From contig NC_043014.1 in NCBI RefSeq assembly GCF_006345805.1, positions 48,484,001-48,548,000 on the forward strand: a stretch of 64,000 bases of DNA, given 5' to 3'. Of this stretch, positions 12,561 to 25,935 are shown piece after piece (positions within the stretch are counted from its first letter, which is position 1; each line of letters starts with the position of its first letter). A program made the translations under genes and the position numbers. The notes under the pieces are model-generated. The model had not been told where the DNA came from and did not search any database. It saw only the letters and a list, made by a program, of their open reading frames with translations. This DNA comes from Octopus sinensis. Its lineage: Eukaryota.

Positions 12561-13867
12561 TCAAATCATTAATGTCAGCTGTAGATATGTCCCCATTTTG
12601 ATCAGGTGCAGCCCCCTTTTCTTCGTGTTCTAAAAGCCAAATCAGCTAAGGGGTGGTCTTAAGGTAAACATCCTTTATGTTTATTTCCAGTTTCTCTTTC
12701 TTAACATTCCTTCTCAGTTTGTCAATTGAATTGTTATTGTTTTTATTGTCCTTCTTCGCTCGAGTCCCTAACAACCCTTCCTAGTATTCTTTTACCTGTT
12801 CTCAGTCATTGGACTGCAGCCATGCTGGAGCACTGCCTTGATGGTTTAGTCAAACTAATCAATCCCAATACTCATTTCTGTTTTAAACCTTGTACTTATT
12901 CTATAGCTATCTGGAGACATAAACAAACCAATATTGGTTATCAAGCAGTAGTGTCACTGATTCAAGCAGCACCTGTCTTCTTTTGAATGACTGAAAGTTC
13001 CCTGCTAAGACTATCTATTCATTATCTCACTAGAATTTATTCATCTGATAGCTTTAAAGGTCCACCCTGAAGCAGACAACCATCCATATATATATATATA
13101 TAAAAATATGTGTTGTTTGTATTAATATCTTTCTGTCCTTTAACATTGTGTCTGTGTTGTAGCAACAACACCAGGTCTTACCTTGAGTTATGAATTACCT
13201 GAGATAAGGGTAATTGTGGGAATTTCTATTTTCTGACAATCATCAGTTAAATCACCTAGAATTATTACAAAGAAGCAGTTCAAAAGTCGGTTGGTTCCAA
13301 GTTGGACCTTCACAAAAAATGCACAAAATAAAATTTTTTAAAGACATAGTCAAATTTTTAACTATTCTCTGGATAAATATACTTTAATCAAAAAGAAAAA
13401 AAGATGGTTGTAGAAATATATAATTACTCTAAATGAACATCAGTAACTGGTATTCTTCATCATTGAGAAGTTTTGTTTTTAATTAAAAAATTTAAATTTC
13501 ATTTTTTTAGACAATCTCAGGAGAAAGTCACTTAATAACGTATGACTTCCATGGAAAGATGTTCCATGAAACCAAATTCCAGCAACCCAACTGGCCTACA
13601 GCATATAATCTATATATACAGCTATTACCTATGGATTCATCAACATAAATGCAACACTGTGTGTGTGTGTGTGTGTGTGCACGTGCATGTACACATGTCA
13701 TATATATAAGATATATATGGTGTATTTCATTTATGTTTGTGTATATAAATTAGGATATGCAGTCGTGTATTGGCTTATGGAAACTAATTTCTATACATAC
13801 ACAATGTATGTATGTGTGTGTGTATGTATATGTGTATATATGTATACATACATATAATATACACATG

Positions 13868-13902
<35 letters not shown>

Positions 13903-13915
13903 TAATATACACATG

Positions 13916-13946
<31 letters not shown>

Positions 13947-14144
13947 ATATACACATATATTTATATATATATATATATATATACATACATATAATATATA
14001 TAATACATAGTTGTGGTTTTGATTGAACACAACATACACATACATTAACAAATATGCCAGTGCACATGTACACGTGGTTAGATTTTACACACATGCACAC
14101 ACACAGGTGTGCAGATGCATGTGTGTGCATCTCCTCCTCTCACT

Positions 14145-14182
<38 letters not shown>

Positions 14183-16239
14183 ACACGATATATATAATTT
14201 GTTTTTATGTGAACCTACAGGTCAACAGTGTCAGAAAAATTTGTTTGATCTCTCTCCTGCCCTTTCTCTGCAACTGTCATTTTCTCTCCCTCTCCCTCTC
14301 GCTACTCCCCGCTTTCTTTCATCTCTGGCTCCCTCTTTGTTTCACAAATATATAGTAACGTATGTGTGCTTATCAAAAAAGGAGAAAAAAAAAGTATATT
14401 TTGTGTGTGTGTGTGTGTGTGAATCTACTGAGTCCACAAGGTTGGAAAAATTTGTTTTATCTCTCGCCTACTCTTTATTTCTTTACTTCTTTTTGTCTCA
14501 TCTCTAGTTCCGTCTCTGTCTCTCTTTTTCCTCCTCACTCTCTTGTCAACAATGATAAATCCAGTCCTGAATTTATACATAGAATCTTCATAACCCCCAC
14601 CTTCCATCTGTATGTATATATATATACTACAATAATTCAACCATTCTTAAACCATACACACACTCACACAAATAAGTATAGCTGGACTGATGATATTCAC
14701 CAGCTGAATACAGTCCAATCTCTTAAAATGGAACTTCTTTCACTATGACAATAATTATCTGTTGTGCTTAAACTTTTCCTCAATTTATTGGGCAATTAAG
14801 TAATCATTTCATTAAAAAAGAATATATCTTCTCATGAAGATGCTGCTATCTCGGTGACACAAGGAGGGATAATCCTGAAGAAAGATGACAAAAGGCTTAC
14901 AGAAAAGAGAATTTGTCAGGCAAATCGGTACCAGCCGAGAGACATGAAAGAATTGAAGGAATCAAGGATGGAGCCAACATCCTGAAACACTAGGAGATAG
15001 ACAACCAAAGTTTGGTAAATATTAGACTGGATAAAGGGAATTGTCGTCAGCAAGAATCATCAGAGACTTGAGAAATACAAAGAATGTACGAAGCAAATTA
15101 TTGGCAAGAATCTGGGACTCTGCTGCATCGGGGCCTTCAATTAGACCTGACGAGCCATGATCACCAAAGAGTATCAACATTCACTGCAAAACAATGAGAT
15201 AAGAAAGCTGCTAATTATTAAGTTTATAGGTATTGTTTCGACGTGTAAAACCAAGTGAGAAAAAGGGGATAGCTAGAATGTATGTGCTCCTCAGGTAGCC
15301 ACCATGCCCTCAGCAGCCCCCTAAGAATTCTACTAACAGGCGACAATTCTGTGTCCAAGTATTTTCTTAAAAACAATAACACCTATAACTGTGAAGTTGA
15401 GATGACAGCATTTGGGTCTCATGGAAGAAGATCCGTTCAGGACAAGTCCCCTTCAGATTTGCTTCCTTGCTTCTTCCTCCTGTCACCAAGAATTTAGTCT
15501 CTGTTTTTCTGTTCTATGCACACTCTTAACAACTACTTTTCCGTCATTTCTCTCTCTCTGATGTCATCAAATTATTTATTCAGTCAGGTGTTGTACACAC
15601 ACATACAATCATAAATAGAATATTCATAATAACTTCCCCTCATTTAAACCCCACAGCTGATATATTCAGTATTAAACTTTCCTCTCTGCCTGTGTATCAT
15701 GAACCTGTCTCTCTTTAACTTTGCCTTTTATTTAGGTTAATAGAATGTTTCAGTTTAGAAAAACTATCCCAATTCCTGTTTGGTTAGTTTTCATCTAGCA
15801 TCTTGAAATCATTTACTAACTCATATTGGGTAACTTCTTGAAGTGTTTGATGCTGGTGATTTATAGAATACATTCACTAGAGAACTGTTCATTTTATGTA
15901 AGTGACTTGTTGGAACATAGTCTTCCCTCGACTGTATTTTTATATAGGGAAATAGAATATGCATACATTTGCTCCTTCCTCCTCTATTTACTGTAGAGTC
16001 TGAACCCAACATATTTCTGTTGGTGCTGCTACATAAACAACTTACTGTTTGGTTACCATTCTAACTATTTACCATTTCTTCCAGTTTTGATTCTCTCTCA
16101 AATATTTCACCAATCTTCCTAAACATACAAATTGTGTTGATGTATTTTTGTGGATTCAATTTTCCACTAAAATTGCCTTTCTTCTGCACACTATCCAGAG
16201 GTAGACATCCTTCCTCCATACATTATTTATATGTCCATC

Positions 16240-16560
16240 TACACTTAAGCACAAAGATTATGTTCAAATGGACTCTCCCATCGAAGACAACGTATGAGTG
16301 TTTAGCCTTAGCTGAATGACCTGCACAAATGATTTGTTTATAGTGATCAAATGTATGTGATGTGTATGAGCTCAGTCTCTCCATCAAATCGATGTTGCCT
16401 GAACAGGTGCACAAGTGTACCTTGCATCGGGTGTCGAAGTGATTGCAGAGCAACACGGGACGAAGTGTTTTGCTCCAGAACACAACACACCACCCGGTCT
16501 GGGAAATGAAACCATGATCTTGTGATTGTGAGTGCAACATCTTAACCACTAGGCCATGCA
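16240..16560 (-). mobile_element. SINE family E, degraded
   Basis: tRNA-like end at 16480-16560 and similarity to the 30010-30330 copy. Confidence 0.6.
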
Positions 16561-16589
16561 CTCTCATGTTCTAATAATAAAATTGTTTC

Positions 16590-17000
16590 TAATTTAAGCA
16601 TGGGACCAGCAATTTTGAAGAGAAGGGTTTAGTTGATTAAGTCAACTTCTATACTTGACTGATCCTTTATTTCATCCATTCTAGACAGTTGCAAAGCAAA
16701 GCTGACCTTGGTGGGATTTCAACTCAGAACATAAACAGCAGGAACAAATACCACAAGGCATTTTTTCCTATTGCTGTAACAATTCTGCCAAACTACTGCG
16801 CAAGGCCTGAAAAATTTAGTAGGCAGGTGTTAGTTGATTACATTATTTCCACTATTCAACTGGTACTTGTTTTATCAACCCCATAAGAATGAAATGTGAA
16901 GTCACCCTCAGTGTCATTTGATCTCAAAGTACAAAGCTGGGAGAAAGGCTGTTAAGCTTTTTGTCCAATGCATTAACAATTCTGCTACTTTGCCACCTTG
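16590..17000 (-). mobile_element. Two tandem degraded family A SINEs
   Basis: Two decayed gaaaggcaaagtcgacctcggcggaatttgaactcag-like segments. Confidence 0.6.
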
Positions 17001-17716
17001 ATAACCAATAATATTGTCACAGTGACACAGTCAGTTTTTAGCTGCCTTATCACAGGTGAATGGGTTTTATGCTGACTCTTCCTTGCCACACCTGCCTGGC
17101 TAGATCATAAATTTAAAAATAAATGGGTGAGAGAGTGGGTAGGATGGAATAGATATTTAAAATGTTTATCAGTCAGACTGGAATTAGCTTTAAGTTTTCC
17201 TTCTGTTTTTATATTGTTTAATGTTAATAACATCCTGCTTAATATGCGAAGGATTAAGGCACTTTTTTGTTTATTTCTTTGTCTTGTTTAATCATAAGTC
17301 CAAAGGGGAAAGTGTGTGTGTGTTCTTTCCATTGTAAAAACAGACATTTTAAGCTGAATATAATCAAACAAGTGAAGTTGAATGGATTTGTATAAACACA
17401 TGCATAGTCTACAGAGAATGTGTGTGTGTGTTAGAGCTTGTAAGAGGATAAGTCAGTATTACCAATGTGTGAAGGTATTGTTTATGTGGTAGGAAAGGAC
17501 ACGCAGGTGAGTCAAGGAGGTATTATTAAATCATTAATGAAAAGGCTGTGATATTGCAGATAGAAAACAGGAATGGTTTGTGATAGAATGTGTTATGGTA
17601 CCATACTGCATTGTGGTATAAATATTTTGTTAAGGCTCATGCCCTGTCAATATATATATATATACAGTATTCTAGTATATACTGTATTGTGATACATACA
17701 TGTTGCTGTATATACC

Positions 17717-17940
17717 TATTTCTTTACTACCCACAAGGGGCTAAACACAGAGAGGACAGACAAAGGGATTAAGTCGATTATATCAACCCCAGTGTGTAAC
17801 TGGTACTTAATTTATCAACCCCGAAAGGATGAAAGGCAAAGTCGACCTCGGCGGAATTTGAACTCAGAACGCAGCGGCAGACGAAATACTGCTAAGCATT
17901 TTGTCCGATGTGTGCTAGCGCTTCTGAGAGCCCACCACCT
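17717..17940 (-). mobile_element. SINE family A
   Basis: Reverse complement of the 10171-10400 element. Confidence 0.9.
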
Positions 17941-19023
17941 TATATACTATGTTGTATCATATGCCATGTCATGGCATAACATCAACACAATGTGAGAAAC
18001 AGGAATAAATATGGAAGATTCACTTCAATCATTCTAGAAAGCACAAAAACTTTTATATTTTCTTCAGATTTATTCCTTAATTTTGCTGTCTCTCGTAAAA
18101 ATGTCGCAAAATTTCATCTCGTTTCCGTCTTCATCACTGACACAATTCTAGAGAAGCGATGGCTAATTTACAGCAGTGCCATGGAAACTTTTTTGACATT
18201 TCATAATAAACAGTAATGCTAAGTGGGTGGGTATAATTGTTTTTGTGTTGCTAGAATGGGTTCTTCCATGAAATGTTATTGTTTCAGTTTGATCAACAGT
18301 CTTAAATCAGTCTCTTGTCAAACAACAACAATTCCAAGATGAGAAAACTTTGTTGGTTGATCAGTTAAACACTCAGCTTGATAACTTGTGGATAGCAGTT
18401 CAAATTCTACCTGTGTTTTCTAATAAGTATAACCACTTTGTACATGTGTTTGTCACAGATGTTCTCATTTAATAATGCATATACAGTGACTCTGTGTGCC
18501 TGTGAAGTGATGTGTGTCTAGCAAGTATTCCATTTCTTTATTACCCATAAGGGTTTACATAGATGGGGACAATACAATGATTTGGGGTCATGTGGATGAA
18601 ATGGAACTTTTTACAGTGAAATTGAATGGATTATTTACAATGAAAATGAAATTGAACAAGAACAAACAAACAAAAAGGGACATATGAAGTCAAAAGAACA
18701 GGATAGCTGACCCCACGAGCCCTGTTATTTTGACTGAAACCTTTTGGTAAGGGATAAAGATTCAAAGAAGATCCCTCGAAACATGTCGTGGTCTTGTTGG
18801 GTCTGATGCCTTAGATTGAGAATTTCGGTAACATATGTTAATGTTAGAACCATCTCACAGAGTAGGATGGTAGGTGATAGTACTGGTGTTAATATGGTCC
18901 TCATTGTTTAACTCTACATTAGCAGTCATAAAACCAATCCATTATCAGACTCATTCCATCTGCGACAATCATGTCTTTATTCAGGCATAGTTTATTTACA
19001 ATCCAATTCATCCTTTACAGAAA

Positions 19024-19355
19024 TTCAAATGATTAGTGTTCTGTTGAGATCCAGGCCACCACCTTAACACTGGACATCATAAAATGCAAGGGACCGCCTT
19101 GCACACATGGATGATGTTCTTGTGCCTAGCCACAAGTGCTCAGACGAGGTCACAAAGATCTGTGATATCTCTAATACCTTCCACAACAACATCAGCCATT
19201 CAAGAATTTGGACCTGGAGATCTCCATTTCCAGCGACTTCGAGGGCCACCTCCCAGTGGTGTCGGGCGTTAACGAAGAGCCCTCGACTACAACAAGACGA
19301 TCAAAGTTTTTTTCCTCCCAAGGTCTGGGGTCTCCCGCCTCTAAGCCCTAGACCA
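19024..19355 (+). repeat. Left arm of ~332-bp inverted duplication (possible retroelement RT remnant)
   Basis: About 93% identical (manual count) to the reverse complement of 21213-21546; the ORF track shows the same peptide on opposite strands. Confidence 0.95.
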
Positions 19356-20279
19356 CCATTGCTTATGTTTCTTATCGCACAATATTTGGTTGGATGTCAT
19401 AGGGTTCCCCTTTATGCTTCACTGCCATTATGTTACCGTATCCTGTGTTTCTACAACTGAAGCCAGTGTCGTTAGATATAATAATAATTAGAATCTTTCG
19501 TCAACCAGTTGCACTAATTAACTTTCTCTAACAAACACATCTAACTCTGTCACCAGTGGTTGACTTTCTTGACAATTAGCCTTTAGTTGTTATTCAGGTT
19601 GTTGTTGTTGTTGTCTTCTCAGTCTGAAGTGTTTACTGCTTGGTGGTGTTGTCTCTGCTGTTATTGTCTTCTATTGTATGAAGCGCCGGTTTGAATTTGG
19701 CAATGTTCTCTGCCAAGAAACAGGATGTTTATTTATAACAAAAGAAACCTACATATCACTTCTTCACTGCCAAATGACTTCGTTGTTGCTATTTCACATG
19801 TGGCATCCTTTACTGAAGGTTAAACACATGTTTCCAGTATATATATCACATGTGTAATCTTTAGCTTAAGATTAACATCTGTTAACATCTGCTCCACGTA
19901 TAAAAGCAGTGTTTCACACCTGGGCGTTGACGTGCTTGATTGTGGTCTGTTGATTTTCTAGTAGATATCATGTAATGTTTTCTGTGGTGAGTTAGTCTTT
20001 GCTCTTCAAATTGGTCTTTTTCTTTGGCCATCAAGAACATTTGGAGAAGTGTCAAAACCAGAATCATTATTTTTTTTTTTTTTCCATTCCTTTTTATGTC
20101 ATTCCGTCCAAAGTATCTCTCCTAACATGTTTATTTCTAATTACCTTTTAATGTGACCCACGAGAAATGTTAACCTTAACCCTTACCAAACTATGCGACC
20201 TTTGTCTAATAGCAATGGTTACTACTGTGGTTTTAATTGTATTGGACACTTGTTGAATTGTAGTCCATTGATTTGCTGG

Positions 20280-20470
20280 TGTTTAACCCCAGGTTGACCC
20301 AAATCAGAACCAATTTAGCTAGAACTGTCCCATCTCTTCAAGAATAATTCACTTCACATGGATATTATACAATATGTTCTTCTTTGTTAAAAAGTGATAA
20401 CATGTGATTTCAGGGAGCTTTGTCTGTTGTTTCTAGCAAATTGAACAACCCTCTAGCAGTCCCCTATTTG
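20280..20470 (+). mobile_element. Unclassified interspersed repeat family G
   Basis: GTTTAACCC.AGGT..CCC...GATTT.AGGGAG.TTTG.CTG.T.TTTCTAGCA, also at ~11280-11430(-), 33620-33780, 38300-38375, 39555-39740, 58975-59050(-), 59240-59410(-) and 60110-60290(-). Confidence 0.6.
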
Positions 20471-20647
20471 GTTTGTGTTACTGGATAGGATATTTTGTCA
20501 CTAACTAAAGGGTTGAATGTGTGCTTGTATTTCAGACCCAGTATTGCATTTTGTCTTTACCACAACTCAGTATATGATTCCCTATTTTGCTGAACCTGTG
20601 TGTATGTGCACGTGTGTGTGTATATTATGAATATATTTGTATAGATA

Positions 20648-20800
20648 CAAGCATGGCTGAATGGTTAAGAAGTTGACTTCTCAACCACATGGTTTCAAGT
20701 GCAGTTCCTACTGCATGGCACCTTGGGCAAGTTTCTTCTACAATAGCCCTGTGCCAACCAAAGGCTTGTGAATAGATTTGAAAAGAAGCCCATCATATAT
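20648..20800 (+). mobile_element. SINE family B, 5' part
   Basis: gcatggctgaatggttaagaagttg...ggcaccttgggcaagt. Confidence 0.75.
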
Positions 20801-21212
20801 GTTTGTGTGTAACAGGATAGTTGGTAAAATACACTTGTTTGGCAGTTGTTGGTTGTTGCCATGGTTACAAAACAAATATTGCCTCCTAATGTGGTAACCA
20901 TGTCTTGATATTCTAGTGTGGAATTAAGGCCATTTCAATCAGCGCCTTAATCTATTCTTCATTGTACTTCTCACAAGACAGCTGATTTTTGTAGGCCCAA
21001 TCTCGGTTATTTCTTTTTCATCTGCTGTCACCAATTGGATTTGCACCAGTTCCTAGTTTCGGTTTAGCTGGTCTCTCCCTCCTGGGACTCACTCAATTCC
21101 CAAAAGACTGTAGCCTCTGGTGAACATCAGTCTGAAGTTTTACTTCATGGATCTTGTTGAAGGGTTTGTTCTCTGTTATGTGGTACACAAAGTTCTATGG
21201 GTGATTAGGTGA

Positions 21213-21546
21213 TGGTCTAGGGCTTAGGGGCGGGAGACCCCAGATCTTGGGAAGATAAAAAAACTTTGGTCATTTTGTTGTAGTCAAGGGCTCTTCGTTG
21301 ACGCCCGACACCACTGGGAGGTGGCCCTCGGAGTCGCTGGAAATGGAGATCTCCAGGTTCAAATTCTTGAATGGCTGATGTTGTTGTGGAAGGTATTAGA
21401 GGTATCACAGATCTTTGTGACCTCGTCTGAGCACTTGTGGCTAGGCACAAGAAGATCATCCATGTGTGTAAGACAGTCCCTTGCATTTTATGATGTTCAG
21501 TGTTAGGGTGGTGGCCTGGATCTCAGCAGAACACTACTCATTTGAA
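21213..21546 (-). repeat. Right arm of ~332-bp inverted duplication
   Basis: See left arm, 19024-19355. Confidence 0.95.
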
Positions 21547-22535
21547 ACTTACCCTATAGACTTCCACCAATTACTCTAATGATCAGTAGCTCTGCCTTCA
21601 GGCTGGGTAGCATCAAGGATCAAATATGTTCTGGCAGATTTGAACATAGTAACCTGTTATGAACTCCTATTTGCCTGAAAGAGGTTGTTCTCCAATGATA
21701 AAATACAGCAGTGATTAGCATACGAGTTTGAATTTGCTGAAGCATATTAAGAAGATGATGTATGCTATCATTTTGATTTCTGGTTTTACTATGCACACAA
21801 TGATTTATTGTTGGTTGACAGACATTGGCAAATAATTTGTTTGCTGAATTTCACAAAGAAGAGCTAAAACTCGTGTTAGATTCATTGGTCTGGGATAGCT
21901 TTGGCTGAGGAGACATAACAAGGTTGAGACAGCAATGTCCTAAAGTCCTCCTATCTCAATGTATTGAGTGTTGTACGAACACATTCATCTGAAATGAGGT
22001 GTTATCCTGTGACGAAATAACAACAGCAATTATTGTATTCACATTTGAATCTGCTGGAATGTACTGAGAATGAACCATAAAGTGGTTCGCTCATTATTAT
22101 TAAAGACATTTTCTTTCTTTTTAGCTAACGGTAGGGAGGTTGACATGAATTTTCTAGTCTTCCATCAGCAATGTTCTTTGTAAATAATAGTGTAGGAGTG
22201 TATGGGTTTCCTGTGAAAGCTACTATATACATTCTCTTTGCTAGGATGATGTTCAATCAAATCATGTCTATATATTACACACACACATACACGTATGTAT
22301 ATATATATACCCGTCTGTGTGTGTATGTATATATACGCACTATTGTTAACATCCATGCTCAAGCAAGTAATTTTGTGAAGGTAAAAGAAAAAAAAAAGTA
22401 AACAAAATAAGATAGAATATAATTAATAAAAAAAAAAATAGCTCGTTAAAGTCACAGTAAATAAGGAAGGTGGGAATGTGTGGAGAAGATTGCAGACAGA
22501 ACATATAAAGCAGAACAGTAAGTGTCTGTATGTAC

Positions 22536-22597
<62 letters not shown>

Positions 22598-23299
22598 ATA
22601 TATATGTGAGTGTTTGTGTAATAAAGAGAAAATACAAGCTAGCAGAGACAAAGCTCCAGCACAATCTAGTCAGCTGGAAAATAAGATATCAGATGTAATT
22701 CATGATGGAAGTGGTTGGTTTGGTGTTTGGAAATTCAGCGACGACGACCGACGTCTGAATAAAACACCTGCTCCAAGAAACACAACCAGAGAAATTGTCT
22801 GACGACTACTACTGAACAGCTCGGTCCATTTACCAGCCCGTTGCCATTTTTTTTGGTGGGTGGTGGTCGTGGTGGGAGGGAGGAAGGACAAGATTATTTA
22901 GGATTTTTTTATACAAAGCAACGTTTTTTAATTTTCGGTTGCTAAAGAAAGAAAGAAAAAAAAAACTGTATTTGTTTGAAATCAACTCATGATGTGTGTG
23001 TGTGTGTATGTATGTGTGTAATATCTATCTATTTAGCTTTATGTATGTATATGTATAAAAGATGTTTTGGTGGGATTATTGATTTGTGTTTGCGTATATC
23101 ATTGTCTTTTAATGTTCACTTTCTGTGATAGTATGTGTGGGACACACGGACACACACTCATGTTTTAATTCTGTAATTTAAGAGAGTAATTTTGCCAGTA
23201 AGAAAGAGATTCATGCACTTGCAAAACCAATGCTAAAATGGTGCCCTGTGAGTGCAGAATAAACCCTCAAAATTCTGTCTTCTCCATTTCCTTATAAAC

Positions 23300-23480
23300 A
23301 AAGAAAGCAGAAATGTTGAAAGAGGGGCTTTCTCCGTCCGGGTTGCAGATCCGTGGAATAAGCTGCCGGACGCGATGGTGAAGATGCCGACGACCGCTCG
23401 GTTCAAAGTCTCCTTTGACTACAAGTGGCCTGAACTCTTTACATGAACACCACCCTGTACATAACTCCATGGCCTTGCTT
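23300..23480 (+). mobile_element. CR1/L2-clade LINE, 3' end of ORF2 plus short 3' UTR
   Basis: Translates RGAFSVRVADPWNKLPDAMVKMPTTARFKVSFDYKW*, matching the CR1 C-terminal motif RxxFFSxRVxxxWNxLPxxVVxxxxxxxFKxxLD. Confidence 0.8.
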
Positions 23481-24319
23481 TTTGCTTTTTGAGCCAAAAA
23501 ATTAACTAACTAACTAATTTATTTGGGGATAGCAAGACATTTCCTCCTCTCCCCGCCATCTCTGATCCCTTACTACTTTCTGATCTGTACATGCTTATCT
23601 TTTAGACCTTGATTGACCCCTGCCCTCTAACCCCTCTACAGAATCATCATCATCATCGTTATACATGTGTTTATCATTGGGTTCCACTTGAAATCAATAG
23701 AGACCAGATGTAATAGAACGGTGAAACACTAGGAGTGTGATTGAAACCTGAGCATCTTGGCTCGTGTCACCTGATATGTTGTGGTGAGCTGAACTGTACT
23801 TTCTAACTGTTGTTGTTGTTGACATTGAAGATAACAGAGATTGTTGTTGGTAGTGGTGTTGGCGTTGGCTAATTATCCCGACTGTTACAGTACACCCTTG
23901 CCAAAGTAACAGTATCGGTACAGATGATGTTTTATTGGCTTGTCAACTATTTTGGGGGTAACACTTGCATGTTGTTTAACCCTTTTCTAATTATGTAATC
24001 TAATTATATTGTATTTTAATTAATTTTGGAAATAATAACAAAAGATTTACTTTCTTTGTTTAATTTCATTATTCAGTCGTGGATTAGAAGAATTGTTAAG
24101 AATATCAGACAAATTGTCTTGAGTTACTTCGGTATTTCTTCTGGCTCTTCATGTTCTGATGCTGATAAAGTACCAGTCATATGCGGGAGTCAGTGTGACC
24201 AACTAAACCACCATTACCTCCCACACACACATACACACACACACCAAATCACTGGTCTTGTTCCTAAATTAGAAACGATTATCAATTATTTTGTTATTAT
24301 TATTATTATTAATAATCCT

Positions 24320-24590
24320 TTCTATTTGAGTACATCGACCTCAGAGTTTCACTGGTACTTAATTTATCAACCCCAAAAGGATGAAAGGCAAAGTCATTCT
24401 TGGGGGAATTTGAACTCAGGATGTAAAGACAGACAAAATGCCGTCAAGCATTTTACCCGGCATGCTAATGATGATGATAATAATAAGAAGACTGTGGCAT
24501 GCCAGGCAAAATACTTAGCAGTATTTCATATGTCTTTATGTTCTGTGTTCAAATTCTGCCGTGGTTGAATTTGCTTTTTATCCTTTGTAA
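24320..24590. mobile_element. Head-to-head pair of degraded family A SINEs
   Basis: Minus copy 24320-24470 and plus copy 24494-24590, separated by (GAT)/(AAT) repeats. Confidence 0.7.
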
Positions 24591-24857
24591 CTTATGTTGT
24601 TTCAGGTTCAGTCCTACTGCACAGCACCTTGGACATTACTCTTGTTAGTATAATTTGACCAGTAGAAACTGGGGGAACTTATCGTAGGGGGTGTTTGTGT
24701 TCATGGGTGGTGAGTATCTGTTGCCTGGTTTACCACCTCAACTTCACCCTTGCATACTTCTTAAGGGGATCCACTCTGTGACTTGGATAGAAGCCAGAAT
24801 AACTTTCTCCCACCAGTGTTTGAGGGCCTGGAAAAAGGGTCATTGGCATGGCCTTAA

Positions 24858-25068
24858 CCCTTTAGTATTTAAACCGGCCAAAAGTATTCTGCCTGTTTTA
24901 TGGTCAAACTGGCCAGATCTGGTCTCTCACACCAACCCTACAATATCATTTAAAAAATTAACAGCTACCTCATCAAAATCTCATCGCTACAAGATAATGC
25001 ATGTTTAGTTCAAAACGATGTGGATAAAAAAGCATTAATTTTGGCAGAATAATGCGAACATTATAGGG
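24858..25068 (+). mobile_element. piggyBac-type MITE family 1
   Basis: TTAA|CCCTTTAG ... TAGGG|TTAA; internal similarity to the 30473 and 33209 copies. Confidence 0.8.
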
Positions 25069-25559
25069 TTAAACAAACTAAAAAACTTGAAGGGTTGTTA
25101 GTTAAACTATTGGTAGCTGGCAATTTATTTTATTAGTTGTTGCTTAAGAGAGGAAGATTTAAAATGTTTACATTATTTTCATGCAATGGTGGGTGAATAC
25201 TGTTGTTGTTGTCGTCGTCTGTGTTAACTAGTATTAGATAATTAATTATCTTTGGGATGGGTTGAGTGGTGTCATAAAATCACTCACATTACATCACTAG
25301 TTGCTCCACTGCCTCTATCCAGCAGTCAGTGATCTCGTTTATTTAATGATTTTATTATAAAATAGTTTTAATTTGTGAAGTGTGAGATGAGATGATGGAG
25401 TGGGGGGGGACATCAAGGAAGAAATATTTAGAACACCAGTTGTGGGACATGTTTAGTATTTTGGTAAAACTGTACTTGGAGGGAATGATTGTCCGTGTAA
25501 TTTCAGTTTTACACCTGAATAGACACTTCGTTAAAGGTGTTCGTGTTCAATGTCCTTGT

Positions 25560-25935
25560 TGTTTCAATGTCCACTTTTCCATGCTTGCATGTGTTGGAGA
25601 GTTTTTAACTGAGGCAGATTTTCTAACGTCGGATGCTCTCCTCTTCACCAACACTTACCTGTGTCCAAACAAAGTAATATTTCCCCATGATTAGACATGT
25701 CTTTGCAGGTGTTTGGAAATGAATGATGTTCATTTGCAACAATCCTGTAATATCAAGACAAAGAGACACAAACTCACATGCATATATGTACACACACATG
25801 CACAGACACACATGGTTTCTTTCAGTTCCTGTCTACAATATCTGCTCAAGAGGTTTTGATTGACTTAGGGCAAAAGTAGACGACACTTGCCCAAGGTGCT
25901 ATGCAGTGGGACAGAACTCCAAACCATGAGATTGG
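25560..25935 (-). mobile_element. SINE with family B head and family D body/tail
   Basis: ttccatgcttgca..ggatgctctcc..tatttccccat plus cttgcccaaggtgc..gggacagaac. Confidence 0.6.

Noticed and set aside
14830-15220. Purine-rich segment with short protein-like frames
   Set aside because: Possibly a decayed TE ORF, but I could not identify any diagnostic motif.
17465-17512. ATG...CAG|GTGAGT 42-nt micro-exon
   Set aside because: Strong donor but phase 0, and no promoter-like context.
19573-19857. Open frame with a transmembrane-like LLLGGVVSAVIVFYCMKRR segment
   Set aside because: No start or splice context; hydrophobicity is explained by GT-rich composition.
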